Of a DNA stretch of 64,000 bases, positions 50,320 through 62,454 are shown piece by piece; the first letter of the stretch is position 1; each line of letters begins with the position of its first letter. The stretch spans positions 105,589 through 169,588 of the forward strand of contig CAVRFT010000002.1 in NCBI GenBank assembly GCA_963720505.1, written 5' to 3'. The translations under genes were made by a program, and so were the position numbers. This DNA comes from an uncultured Chloroflexia bacterium (lineage in GTDB: Bacteria; Chloroflexota; Limnocylindria; QHBO01). The notes below the pieces were generated by a model that saw nothing but the letters and a program-made list of their open reading frames with translations, ran no database searches and was not told where the DNA came from.

Positions 50320-51695
50320 GCCCCCGACTCGGCAGCGGTCGCGCCGGTGAAGGCGAAGCGACCGATGCGCAGGGCGGGAACGCGGGCGTTGATGCCGCTG
50401 TACTCGGCGCCGACCATCTTGGTCTCGGGCCGTGATCGCCTCGATGCGGCTGAAGGCGGCGGGGATCTCCTCGCGTGAAGCGCAGGTTGCGGATGGGTCG
50501 CACGATGCGGCCGTTCTCGATCAGGAAGGTGCCGTCCTTGGTCATGCCGGTGAGCACGCGCCTTGCGCGGATGGACGATGTTCACGTAGTGGAAGCGCGT
50601 GACCCAGATCCCGCGCTCGATCGATGACAGCATCGCCTCCTTGGAGCTGGAGCCGGGCGCCATGAACAGGTTCCAGGCCATGGGACCGAACGTGTTCGGC
50701 GCCGGCAGGGCGTGGCCGGTGGATGCGACTCCCGCCCGTCGCGCGGTGGCCGTGTCGTGCACGACCGCGGTGGCGACGCCATCGGTCACCAGGTCGACCC
50801 GCTGCTTGGCGACCCCCTCGAAGTCGGACGCCGATGGCAAGCCCGGTCGCATCGGTCCCGTCGTCCCAGAGGCTGACGTTGTCGCCCATGACCCGGTTGC
50901 CGAGGTCCATGAACGAGCGACCCTCCTCGACCGCCAGCGCCGAGAAGCCGGCATACGACGAGGTACTCGAGGATGGTCTGGACCGCGTACTCCTCCAGGA
51001 TGACGTCGTAGGCACCCGGCTCCAGGTCCGTGGCGCCGGCGGAGCGCGCGGCCTTGTCGGCCGCCTCGGCGCCGACGGCGGCGGCGTCGATGGCGCCGAT
51101 ATCGGTGCTCACCGCCTGGGCATAGCCCGAGGCGCCGTCCGCCCCGGTCATCACGGTCAGCAGCTTGGCCTGGGTGCTGGTGTGGCAGGAGCGCAGCCCG
51201 TTGGTGTTCGCGATGGCGATGGTCGAGACGCTCGGTGGAGAAGGCGCCGCTGGCGATCAGGTCGTCCGCCTGGGCCGCGGCGATCACGGCGCGTGCGCCT
51301 TCGGCGCGCCGCTCCGGCTCCGCCTGGGCGGTCGCCGCCACGTACCCCAGCTCGCTGTCGCCCGCGCCGGCCTCGGCGGGGCCAGCGGCGTCGGGATCCG
51401 GGTTCGGTGCCGCCCGGCGACAGAGCTCGCGAGGCCCGCGCCACGACCTCGGCGATCCCCTGGTCGTCCAGGCGGTTGGTGCTGGCCACGCCGGTGCGGC
51501 CGTCCTCCAGGATCCGCATCCGCAGGCTGGCGTCGTGCTCGGACACGTTCTGGTGGATGCGCGAGCCGGCGAAGCGGGTCAGCGCCGCGTCTTGCGCCAC
51601 GGTACGACGGCCTCCGCCTGGCCGCGCACCATGCGCAGCGCCAGGTCCAGCACCTCCTCGGGCGCGGCTCGCCGGTCGGTATGCGTGGCTACCAT
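50316..51695 (-). CDS. TldE/PmbA family protein (frameshifted)
   Basis: LTRFAGSRIHQN, LEPGAYDVILE, DFEGV, TGMTKDG. Confidence 0.88.
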
Positions 51696-53139
51696 TGGCC
51701 GACTCCCACCTGGACGTTCCGGAACCGCGCCGGCGCGGCACCGTGGCCGACGCGGTGCGTCTGCATCGGCTCGCCCTTGCCGCAGTTCGGGACACCCCAC
51801 AGCCGCCACTCCGAGTCGCTGCAGATGGCGTCGCAGCTGCCCCAGAACTCAGGCGTGATGCCGGTGTAGGTCGGGTTGCGGATCATCTCGGCCAGCTGCC
51901 CGTTGCGGATGCGCCAGCCGATCTGGGTGCCGAACTGGAAGTTCAGCCGCCGGTCGTCGATGCTCCAGGACCGATTGGTGCTGACCAGCAGGCCGTCATC
52001 GGTGTCGGCGATCAGGTCGTCCAGCGTGCCGGCCTCGCCCGGCCGCAGGTTGACGTTGGTCATCCGGATCAGCGGGATGACGTTCCAGCCCGACGCCCGG
52101 CTGCTGCCCATGCTGCGGCGGCCGATGATCGGGGCCGTCTCGCGGCTGGTGAGGTAGCCGACGAAGCGCCCGCCGCTCACGATCGGCACGTTCTGGGCCG
52201 GCACGCCCTCGTCGTCGAAGCCGAAGGTGCCCAGCCCGCCGGGCGCGGTGGCATCGGCGTCGATGTTCACGATCTCGCTGCCGTAGCGCAGCGTGTCCAG
52301 CTTGTCGAGCGTCAGGAACGAGGTCCCGGCGAAGCTGGCCTCCATGCCGAGCACGCGATCGAGCTCGATGGGATGGCCGCACGACTCGTGCACCTGCAGC
52401 GCCATCTGGGAGGAGTCGATCACCAGCGGTCATCGGTCCGGACGGGCATTCCTCCGCGGTCGAGCAGCGCCACCGCCTCCTCGGCGATGCGCTGGGCGTT
52501 GCCCGGCAGGTCCATGGCGCGGACGGCCTCGAAGCCACCCGTCACGTGCTGCCCGCCAGCCGAGTTCGGCCAGCTGCGGACCTGCGACTCGGACTCGTTG
52601 ACCGCCGTCGCCTCGATCCCGGCGCCCGCCTCGGTCAGCTCCTGCTCGATCCGCGCGCCCTCGGTCGAGGCGAAGGTCTTGCGCTCGCGCCCGCCCTCGA
52701 TGGAGCCCTCCCGCACGGTGACGCCGGGCACGCGGGCCATGGCCGCATCGGCCTCGAACAGGATCGCCAGCTTGTCGTCGATCGAGACGCCGAACGGGTC
52801 CTCCTGCAGCGGCGTCGCGTAGCGCGCGACCTGCGGCGGCGTGTCGTCCAGCTGCACCGGGTCGCCGGCCGCCAGCCCGCTGGCGCGGGCGATCTCGATC
52901 GCCTCGCGCGTCACGCGCTCGACCTCCGCGTTGGTCATCACCGCCGATCCGGCAAAGCCCCAGGCGCCGTCGACCAGCACCCGCACCCCGAATCCGGTGG
53001 TCAGATTGGACGAGGCGGCCTCCAGCGCGCCGTTCTTGACGGTCAGCGATTCGGTCTCGCGCTCGGTGATGCGGATGTCCGCGTACTGCGCGCCGGCCGC
53101 CTGGGCGGCATCCAGCGCACGATCGATCAGCTCGTTCAT
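51689..53139 (-). CDS. tldD: TldD family metalloprotease (frameshift near 52430)
   Basis: GFGVRVL, HESCGHPIELDR, RMTN, NCGKGEP. Confidence 0.9.
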
Positions 53140-53186
53140 GGCGCCCCCAATGCTACCGAGGGTGGCGATCGTCGGGGCGGCGTTCC

Positions 53187-53860
53187 TCATTCGGCCGGCT
53201 GCGCGACCTGCGGGATCAGGTCGACCTGGGTCGCGGGCAGCTCAAGGTCGTCCGACTGGCTGGCCACGATGGAAGCGTCGATGAACTGCTCCAGCTGCGG
53301 GATGATGCCGCCCGGCCGCTCGATGGTGGAGAGCAGGCCCTCCGGCGACCCGATGGCCCGCAGCGTGAAGCGACGGCCGACCGGCACGCCGTCGACCAGC
53401 AGCGAGGTCGGCCCCTGGACCGCCACCGAACGGTGCGTGATGCGGATCTGGTCCACCGCCAACGCCTCGGCGCCGGCGTTGCGCAGCTCGTTCAGGAGGT
53501 CGTTGAGAGCGATCGCGTCGAGGTCACCTTCCACCTCCAGCGTGATCCCCTGCCCCATCACCGGCGCCAGGCCGCCGAAGGCGGTGATGCGCCGCAGGTC
53601 CTCGCGGCTCACCTGCAGCGCGCTCTGGCCCACCGGTCCTGCGGCCTGGTAGTCGCGCAGCGTGTCGCGCTTGGTCGCTCAGCGCCGTGCGCAGCTCAGC
53701 GTTCCGATTCGAAAGCGTCTCGATCAGCTGCGACAGCTCCTGCGCCGACAGGCTGCTGATCTCGGTCGGGCGCGCCTGGGAGCGCAGCTGCCCGATCAGC
53801 AGCAGGCCAACCAGCAGGCCGACCGACGAACAGGCTGATCTGCGCCACGTTGCGGGTCAT
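53187..53860 (-). CDS. DUF881 family protein (frameshifted)
   Basis: GLAPVMGQG..NELRNAGAEA..AIG. Confidence 0.88.
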
Positions 53861-54622
53861 GGCGCCTCCTCGGACGGGACCGCCCAACGGAAGCGCGTGT
53901 TGCCGACGAAGGCCGGCAGCGTCAGGTCGGTCGAGATCTGGGAGGCGAACTCCAGGCCGAAGAAGTCGATCCGCTGGGCCACCCGGCCAAGGAATGCGGG
54001 ATGGGACTGGAACCGCTCGAGCAGCCCGTCGCTGCCAATCGCCTCGATCCGGAATGGCGGCGACAGGAAGGCGGTGTTGACCAGGACCGATGCGCCCACG
54101 CCGTAGATCGAGGAGGTCGCCACCAGCCGCTCGCCGTTGATGCTGATCGCCTCGGCGCCGGACGCCCACAGGGCGGTGACGATGTCACGCAGGTCGTCGA
54201 CCAGCACGATGAAGCTTGACGGGTTCTCGCCGGGCGGAACGACGCGCTTCGAGTCGGCGATCTCCACGGCCACGCCCGGCCCGCGAACCGCGGTCAAGCC
54301 CGTTTGCAGGCGCGCGGTCGCCAGCTGCCGGTTCAGCTCCTCGAGGGCCACCGAGCTGCCGGTGGACTGCTGCTGCAGGCGCAGCACCTGGGCGTTGGCT
54401 GTCGCGAGCTGCCCGCGGAGCTTGTCCTGCTCCGCCTCGAGGATCGGTGACCTGGCCGGCCAGCACCTGCTGCGCCGAGGTCGTGAACTGGTCGCGTGCC
54501 AGCGAGCTGTTCCACTGCATGGCGCCGATGAAGCCAACCACCGCCAGCGCCACCGCAATCGAGATGCCCCAGGTTGACGCGGTGCGAAAGCGCCGGCGGC
54601 CCGGGCTGGCCATCACGCTCAT
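53857..54622 (-). CDS. DUF881 family protein (frameshift near 54440)
   Basis: GLTAVRGPG..LWASGAEAISINGER..PPFRIEAIG. Confidence 0.9.
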
Positions 54623-55939
54623 GACGGCTCATCCTTGCCGGCGCGGCGTCGCGCCGACCAGGCGGCGAAGCCCGCGATGCACAGGATCGCCAGGCCAACC
54701 ACGGCGACGACGATGACGATGGGGGCATCCGCGAATGTCGCCGACGGCGCCGGCCGTTCGGAAGATGCTGCCGGGGATCCGCCGGCGGACGCTCCGGGAG
54801 CCTGTGCGCTGCCCGGCTTGTCGACATCGGATGGCGGAATGGCGGCTGCCTCGACCGGCGCCGGCTCGTCGACGCCGAACGAGTCGTAGTAGTCGGCGTA
54901 GAGCTGGTCGGCGGGCACGCCGGTCCCCTCCTGCAGCGCCTCGTCGTCCGAGTCACCGGCGCGGTAGGCCGTCGCGATCCGCGCGATCGCGTCCTCGCCG
55001 TAGTCGTCGATGATCATGTCGACCATGGTTGTGCCCATCGCGTACGACAGTGTCGTCCCACGCGTGCCAAACGGGAAGTTATACGTGATCGCGTCGAACG
55101 AAAACAGGCCGCTCCCGGACGCCTCCGACTCGACGGTTGCCTGCTGCGTTGCGGCCGAATGCTGCTCCGCCCACGTCGCCAGGCCCTCGTTCAGCCACTT
55201 GGCCGGGTCGTGGAACGGGTTCCTGGTCGCGTCCCCGAAGACGATATGCGTCACCTCGTGGACGATCGTCGTATCCAGGTAGCTGGCCGGGCCCGCCCCC
55301 AGCCACATGAAGGTGGTCCGCAGCGGTGGGAAGGTGGCGGCACCGAACCACTCGCGCGCACCCGGCCCCAGCGCTCCGAAGAAATCCTCGCGCGCGTCGT
55401 ACACGAAGATGTCGACCGGACCGTCCATCTGGTGGCCCAGCAGCTCTTCGGCCTGGGCCGCGCCACCGGCGGTCAGCTCGCCCAGGTGGCGCGCCTCCTG
55501 CTCGTTGCCGCCGTACCAGTGCACCGTCGCGTCGCCGATCACCGCCGACTGCCAGTCCAGCCCCGGCCGGTCGTCGTCGTAGAGCAGCGACCCCTCCGCA
55601 CTGAGCGTCGTCCGTCCGCCCTCGGTGGCACGCCATTGGTAGTCGATCTCCGTGTTCGGCACGACGTAGCGCTCGGCCGCGTCCCAGACGTAGGTCGCCT
55701 GGTCACCGGTCGGCCTGCACGGGGGCAACCAGCGTCGAATCCGCGCCGGTGAAGTGCATGAGCAGCTCCAGCTCGTCCGGCGCTCCGCCCGGAAGGTCAA
55801 CGCTGAACGTCATCTGCTCCCCGAAGGTCGCATCCGCCTGCAGATTGGCGAAGCCGGTGAATCCGAAGGCCGGGGCCGGCAGCGCGCCGAGCAGCAGCAC
55901 GGCGACGACCATCGGTCCTGCCAGCCTCAGCCGTCCCAC
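54619..55939 (-). CDS. Peptidase MA-like (gluzincin) exported protein with C-terminal TM (frameshifted)
   Basis: VHEVTH..WLNEGLA. Confidence 0.85.
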
Positions 55940-57516
55940 GACACCCTCCCGAAGTCCAGGATGCCGGTCGTCAGGTTGCCCAGCCCGCGCAGGCCGGGCC
56001 GCACCAGCCACCAGCTGGTCGGGTACGACCACGGAATCAGTGGCGCCTGCTCGTCGACGTACGCGTCCACCTCGCGGTAGGCGGCCGCCTGGGCGGCGTC
56101 GCCTTCGGCGGCCGATGCCGCCTGCAGCAGCTGCACGAAGGTCGCATCGGTCCATCCACCGTAGTTGCTCGCGGCCCGTGGCAGCAGCAGCAGGCTGTAG
56201 AGCGCGTAGGGCGACGGGTAGTCGGCGATCCAGTTGATGGTGAAGACCTGCGGCGGGTCCTCCTCCAGGGCCACCAGGTAGTCGGCGAAGTCCATGCTCT
56301 CGACCGTGACCCGTGCGCCCAGCTCGTCGCGCCAGACTTCCACCGCCGGCCCCACCCCCAGCCCGACGTCCGCCACCACGATCTCGCCCAGGTCCTGGCG
56401 GTCGACGTAGCCCGCCCGGTCGAGCAGGCGCTGGGCCTCGGCCACGTCATGGGGCAGGTCGTCCTCGAGCCCCTCCGGCCACAGGGCCGGCGGCACGACG
56501 CTCGAGGCCGGCTCGCCGGTCGCGCCCTCGGACAGCGGCACCAGCCGCGATCGGTCCAGCGCCAGCGCAAATGCCTGGCGCACCCGCGCGTCGTCGAACG
56601 GCGGACGAGTGGTGTCGAAGCCGAAGTACTGCACGTTCAGCGGCGCGCGCCTCGTGCAGCGCCGGACCGAAGTCGGGGTCGTAGGCGATCCAGCTGGCGT
56701 CGAAGCCGCTGACGCCCACCAGGTCGACCTGGTCGTCGGCGTAGGCGCGCCACGCCGTCGCTCTCGACCTGCGTCAGCCACTGCACGCGGGTGATGGGTG
56801 GCGGACCGGCCACGTACTCCGGGTTGGCGACCAGCACCAGCGCCTGGTCGTCCAGGCTGTCGGCGACGTATGGGCCGGAGCCGATGAAGCTGTCGACCGT
56901 CTGCCAGCCCTGGCTGGCATCGGCGCTTCGGCGGCACCACGAACGCGGTCGGCGTGGCCGCGATCTCCGGGAAGTAGGTCGCCGGGTGGCGCAGGCCCAC
57001 GACGAGCGTGGTCGCGTCCGGCGCCTGGATGGCGACCTCGTCCTCCGAGCCGCCGGCCAGCCGTTCGTCGGCGCCGGCGATGATGCTGAGCACGTCCGGT
57101 GCGGTGCTGCCGGTGGCCGGGTCCAGGATGCGCAGCCACGAGCGCCGCACGTCCTCGGCGCCGCAGCGGACGACCCGTCCGAGAAGTGCAGGCCCGTCTC
57201 GCAGCCGGAAGGTGTAGGTCCTGCCGTCGTCGCTCACCGTCCACGACTCGGCCAGCGATGGATAGGGCTCGCCGTTCTCGTCCAGCCGGGTCAGGCCGGC
57301 GTACAGCTGCAGCAGGAGCTGCACGTCGGACGCGTCGCTGATGAAGGCGGGATCCAGCGTCTTCGGCTCGCCGCCCAGGTAGCGGAGGACGTCGTCGGCT
57401 GCCTGGGCTGGGCGGGCAGGCAGCGACGCATTGAGGGCGACGATCAGGGCGAGAGCGAGCACGGCGACCCCGACCGCCAGGCGGGTCCACGAGCCCGCCG
57501 AGGTCAAGCGGGGCAT
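55927..57516 (-). CDS. ABC peptide transporter substrate-binding protein, family 5 (frameshifted)
   Basis: TLDPA, LAESWTVSDDGRTYTFRLR, GSGPY, PPFDDARVRQA. Confidence 0.9.
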   Translation of the reverse strand: MPRLTSAGSWTRLAVGVAVLALALIVALNASLPARPAQAADDVLRYLGGEPKTLDPAFISDASDVQLLLQLYAGLTRLDENGEPYPSLAESWTVSDDGRTYTFRLRDGPALLGRVVRCGAEDVRRSWLRILDPATGSTAPDVLSIIAGADERLAGGSEDEVAIQAPDATTLVVGLRHPATYFPEIAATPTAFVVPPKRRCQPGLADGRQLHRLRPIRRRQPGRPGAGAGRQPGVRGRSATHHPRAVADAGRERRRGAPTPTTRSTWWASAASTPAGSPTTPTSVRRCTRRAPLNVQYFGFDTTRPPFDDARVRQAFALALDRSRLVPLSEGATGEPASSVVPPALWPEGLEDDLPHDVAEAQRLLDRAGYVDRQDLGEIVVADVGLGVGPAVEVWRDELGARVTVESMDFADYLVALEEDPPQVFTINWIADYPSPYALYSLLLLPRAASNYGGWTDATFVQLLQAASAAEGDAAQAAAYREVDAYVDEQAPLIPWSYPTSWWLVRPGLRGLGNLTTGILDFGRVSWDG

Positions 57517-57524
57517 GCGGCGGC

Positions 57525-57531
57525 TAGTATA
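57525..57531. promoter_or_regulatory. Overlapping divergent -10 boxes (TAGTAT on +, TATACT on -)
   Basis: Only AT-rich patch in the 22-bp gap between two divergent start codons. Confidence 0.5.
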
Positions 57532-57538
57532 CGGGCCC

Positions 57539-58076
57539 GTGCAGCAGACCCATGAGCACCGCTTTCGGCCCCAGCCGGCCGGCGGCCTGACGCTGCGCCA
57601 GTTCGTGGAATCGCTCCGTCGCTGGACCCCGGAGATGCGCCAGGTGGCGCAGATCGCGCTCACCCGCACCGAGGCCGAGCGGCGCAGCTACCTGCAGGGC
57701 TTCCACGCCCAACACCACGAACGGCAGCCGCAGGCGATCGACTCGTTCGTGCGCTGGGCCTACTCCGACCCACGGCTGGACCACGTGCCCGCTCTGCTGG
57801 CCGAGCTGCGAGCGGACCGACGCCGACTACCAGGGCGCCCTCACGCACGAGGCGGACGTCCTGGTGCGCATGCGCGCCCAGGGCAAGACGCCGGCGCAGC
57901 GGGTGCACGACTACCTGGCGCTGCTCGAGATCGAGGGCGCGGAGCCGGTGCGGGCGGCGATCGGCGGGCTCCTGCCGCCTGGCACGCCGGAGGAGGCGGT
58001 GATCGCCACCATCCGCCAGATGCGACGACGCTGGCTGGAGCTGTACGGCGACGATCCCTTCTTCGCGGAGGATTGA
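57539..58076 (+). CDS. Hypothetical protein (frameshift near 57800)
   Basis: Coding-like segments in two frames ending ELYGDDPFFAED. Confidence 0.6.
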
Positions 58077-58134
58077 TCCCGGTTCGGCACGGGTCCTGCA
58101 CCGCATCGGTCCCAGACACGCAGGAGACAGACCG

Positions 58135-58386
58135 ATGCCAGAGCTGAGCACCAAGGATCGCGACAAGCTTCGCAAGGACCAGTTCGCGTATGTCGACCGC
58201 GATGGCGGCGAGCACCTGCCGATCCACGACGAGTCGCACGTCCGCAACGCCATCAGCCGCTTCGACCAGACCGACTTCCAATCCGACAACGCCAGGCAGG
58301 AAGCGGCCAAGAAGATCATGAGCGCGGCCAAGCGCCACGACATCGAGGTCGATGAGGACTCCGACGTGGCCAAGGCGGCCCACTGA
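58135..58386 (+). CDS. DUF6582-like small protein
   Basis: FAYVD..HLPIHDESHVRNAISRF; AGGAG RBS. Confidence 0.85.
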   Translation: MPELSTKDRDKLRKDQFAYVDRDGGEHLPIHDESHVRNAISRFDQTDFQSDNARQEAAKKIMSAAKRHDIEVDEDSDVAKAAH

Positions 58387-58475
58387 TTCGTCCCTGAACC
58401 CCGTGGCGCGAGGCGGGCCAACGTGCCCGCCTCCGTATACTCGCTCGGCATTTCCCCGATTGGCCGAGCGAGGAT

Positions 58476-60795
58476 TTGATCCGAACATCGCGCGTATTCC
58501 ACCCCGGTCGAGCCGCCGCCCTGTGCCTCGCGCTGCTCGCGCTGGGGATCCTCGTGCCTGCGCGGACCTTCGCCCACGCCGAGCTCGTCTCCTCGACCCC
58601 CGCGGCCAACGCCGTCCTGCCCGAATCCCCGGCCGAGATGACCATGGTCTTCTCCGAGGCCATCGACGCGCCGTCAGCCATCGTCAAGCTGCTCGACACG
58701 CGGCAGCACCTGATTCCCGGGCGTGGGCGCCGTGACCGTCGACGATGCGGGCACCACCGCCACCATCAGCCTGCCGACCCTGACGCCGGGGACGTACACC
58801 GTCTCCTACCAGGTGACCTCGGCCGTGGACGGCCACGTCGGGAGCGGGATCTTCGCCTTCGGCATCGACCCGACCGGGTACCGCGCCGCCGCCGAACGTC
58901 ACCAGCTCGTCGACGTCGCTCTCCTCCGGCCTCGACGTCATCGCGGCGCGCTGGCTGGCGCTGGCCGCGGCGCTGTCGCTGGCGGGGATCGTGATCTTCT
59001 GGCTCTTCTCGGCGCGGCCCGCGCTGGCCGCCTCCGGCAGCAACGAGGTGCCGGCACCATGGGGCCCGATCAGCGTTGCCGCGGCCATGGCGCTGCTGGG
59101 CCTGGCCGTGTACCTGACACTGGCAGCCCGCCCGATCGTCGCCTCCGGCGGCCACCTGGGCCACGGCGGCAGCTTCCCGCTCGATTTCGCCGCGCCGTTC
59201 GGCTGGACCCCGTTTGCCATCAGCATGCGAGTCGCACTGCTGGGGGCGCTGGCCTCGTTCGGCCTGGCCGTCAGCCATTGGATCGCGCACAACGAGGCGC
59301 GCCGCGGGCAACGCGAGGCGCCGCTCTCGGCGCGATCGCGGCTGGCTGAGCGTGATGCTCGGGGCGGCGGTGGTGACGCTGGGCGGGATGAGCTTCGCCG
59401 GGCACGCGGCGGCCGAGGGCGGACCGCTGATGGGCGCCATCGACCTGGTGCATCTCCTGGGCGTGGCGACCTGGGTCGGGACGCTGGTCGGGCTCTTCCT
59501 GCTGGTTCGGCGCGCGCGCCCGACGGTGCCGGAGGCGCTGAAGCGTCACTCGCGGGTCGCGATCGTGGCGGCGCCGGTGGTGGTGCTGACCGGACTCGCC
59601 AACTCACCGCTCCTGCTGGGCAGTCCGCGGGAGCTGGTGGCCAGCGAATACGGCAACCTGCTGCTGTCGAAGGCCTTCCTCTTCTGCGTGGCGGTCGGCA
59701 TCGGCGCGGTGAACCACTTCCTGGTCCGGCTGGGCCGTGCTCGGCGGGCACTGCCGCTGATCGGGATCGAGCTGGCGGTCGGCACGCTGGCCGTGCTGGC
59801 CGCCGCCGGACTGGTGAGCGGGCAGCCATCGGTCAATCGTCAGCCGGCGGTCGCGCTGAACGCGGTCGGGACGCTGCACCTGTACGGGGAGGCCGGCCAG
59901 TCGTCGGTGCATGCCGCCATCGACCTGCCGGCGCCCGGCAACCAGCGCTACCAGGTCGGCGTGGCGGACCTGGACACGGGGCAGCCGCGGACCGACGTCC
60001 AGCGCGTGTTCATGGTCTTCACGCCGCCCGCCGACTCGGGCCTGACCGGTGAGCGGGTGCAGCTGAACGAGGGCACCGACCCGGGCCTGTGGGGCGCGAC
60101 CGGCGTCTACACCCCGGTGGTCGGCGACTGGCAGCTGGAGGTGATCGTTCGCCGGCGTGGGGCTGCGCGACGAGTCGGCCGACTTCGACCTGCCGGTGGC
60201 GGAGCCCCAGCCACCCGAAACGGTCCCGCCGCCGGACACCGGCGTCGGCGTGTCGCCCATCGTCTCGACCATCTGGAGCTGGCTCCCCGCCGGCCTCGGC
60301 TCGTGGCTGCTGGTGGTGGCGCTGCTGGCCGTGGCCGTCGTGCTGGGCCTGCTGGCGCGCCGGCAGGCCGGCGCGGGCCTCGCCATCTCGCGCGTGGCGG
60401 TGGTGGCTCTGGCGGTGGCCCTTGGGCTGGCGGCGGGCTCGCGGGCCCTGGTGCAGGCGGCGAACCAGGTGCCGGCCGCTGCATCGGCCAAGCCAAACCC
60501 GATCGACGCGGACGCGCAGTCGCTGCCGATTGGCGAGTCGTACTACCTCGCCAACTGCGCCGCCTGCCACGGCATCGACGGCAACGGCGACGGGCCGACG
60601 GCCCAGCGGCTGGGCTGGAGCCTGACGCCGCTCGACCAGGAGCTGCCGCAGCTGAGCGATGGTGCGCTGAACTATCGGATCGCGGTCGGTACCGTCGGAA
60701 CCGGCATGCCCGGCTTCGCGGGTACCCTTGCCGAACGTGACCGATGGGATCTCGTGAATTACCTGCGCGACCGCTTCGACGAGTCGGCGCCATGA
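58476..60795 (+). CDS. Copper resistance CopC-CopD fusion with YtkA-like and C-terminal cytochrome c domains (frameshifts)
   Basis: AHAELVSSTP..SAVDGH (CopC); SFAGHAA, HLLG, YGNLL (CopD); GDWQLEV; CAACH. Confidence 0.85.
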
Positions 60796-61411
60796 GCCGG
60801 CGACGAGGGCTCGGCCTGGCCGTGCTGCTGAGCGTGATGGGGCACCAGCTGGCGCTGGCTGCGGGTCGGGTGGCCACCGGCGAGACCGGATTGCAGGCAG
60901 CCGACCACGGGCCGGTGTGGGGCCTCGGCCGTGGTGCTGGTGTGCGCGGGCGCGGCGCTCGCGACGAGCCTGGCTGCCTGGCGCATGCTGGCGCTGCGCC
61001 TGCGCCTTCGCCTGACCCCCACGCTGAGCCTGCCCGATGGCTCCACGCTCCTCCGCACCTGGGCAGTCATGGCCCTCGCTGGCGCTGGCCATCTTCCTGG
61101 TCCAGGAGAACCTGGAGCACCTGACCCAGCACGGACACCTGCCGCTGCTCGAACCCCTGCTCTCCGGCCAATACGCCGCCGTGCTGCCCGTCTTCGTCGG
61201 CCTGGGGCTGCTGCTGGCCGCCGCCGGCCTGGCCATCGGCACCACCCTGCGGCAGCTCGAGCGCGCCGCGGCCACGCCGCGGATCGACCATCGGCCTCCA
61301 CCGCGGCGCGTCGGCAGCTGGCGCACCCTGCTGCACGATCGTCGCCGGCGCAGCCGGATGGTCACGGCCCTCAGCCCGCGACGCGGCCCTCCCCTGCCGG
61401 TCCGCGGCTGA
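60792..61411 (+). CDS. His-containing membrane protein (frameshifted)
   Basis: GHQLA, HGPVW, QENLEHL. Confidence 0.6.
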
Positions 61412-61461
61412 TTTCGCGAGGGCCTGCGCCCTCGCCCACCAGGCTCACGAGGAATGAACCG

Positions 61462-61987
61462 ATGCGCAGACCTGCGCGATTGCTACTGATCACCCTTGCC
61501 ACGCTGGCGCTGCTTGCCATCCCGGCCGTGGCCAGCGCCCACGTCGAGCTCGTCTCGAGCTCGCCGGAGGCCGGCGCCAACCTGGACACCGCACCAACCG
61601 AGGTCACCGTCACCTTCGACGACGAGCTCGACCCGGACCATTCCACCTTCACCGTGACCGATGCGGACGGCAACGAGGTCGGATCCGGCGAGGTCGACCT
61701 GACCGTGGCCGACCGCAACGTGATGCGCGGCGACGTCAGCATCTCGGATCCGGGCGTCTACACGGTCAGCTACACCGTCGCCGGTGTCGATGGCCACGAG
61801 ATCGATGGCACGTTCAGCTTCGGCTACAACACCGAGGAGACGATCCCCGAGCCGACCGGCGGCGAGCACGACGAGGACCCGGACACCGCCCTGCCGTACG
61901 AGCCAGCCGTCGCCGCTGCCCGTCGTCGGGCTGCTGTTGATCGGCCTGGCCGCAGTGCTCGGCGTGCGGCGCCTGGCGCTCCGCTAG
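61462..61987 (+). CDS. copC: CopC copper-binding protein with C-terminal anchor
   Basis: ASAHVELVSSSP..YTVAGVDGH. Confidence 0.88.
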
Positions 61988-62036
61988 CATTTGGGCGGCC
62001 CGCCCATGGCGGGCCGCTTCGTGACAGGGTAACCGA

Positions 62037-62433
62037 ATGTCGAATCCCGCTGCGCCGCCGGGCGAGCCCGCTCGCCGCGGCCGCGCTCCTGGCCGCCGTG
62101 CTCACCGCCTGCGTGGGCGACGCCGGGCTGCCGCCGACCTGCCACGATCCATCGGTCAGCTTCACGGCCACGCTGAGCGACGAGCACCTGGAGCCGGCCT
62201 CGCTCAACGCCTGCCGCGGCCAGGCCGTGACCATCACCTTCACCATCGAGCGCGACGGCGTGCTGCACCTGCACGGCTACGACGACCAGGTCTCCGCCAC
62301 CGAGGTGCGTGCCGGCCAGAAGACCGTGTTCGAGTTCGACGCCGTGCGCAGCGGCGTGTTTCCGATCGCGTTGCACACGACCGACGGCCCGGCGGAAGCC
62401 ACCGTCGGCACGCTGACGGTCCATGAGCCCTAG
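62037..62433 (+). CDS. Cupredoxin-like lipoprotein (5' frameshift)
   Basis: Lipobox VLTAC; LHLHGYD; GVFPIALH. Confidence 0.8.
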
Positions 62434-62454
62434 CCGCCGGCCGGCGGAACGCTG

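Noticed and set aside
50104-57516. TldD/TldE-DUF881-peptidase run as a RiPP cluster
   Set aside because: No precursor peptide or modifying enzymes (YcaO, radical SAM) seen; looks like core gene order.
2756-62433. Numerous frameshifts as pseudogenes or programmed frameshifting
   Set aside because: They affect many unrelated genes, often in G/C runs, without in-frame stops; most consistent with uncorrected long-read indels.
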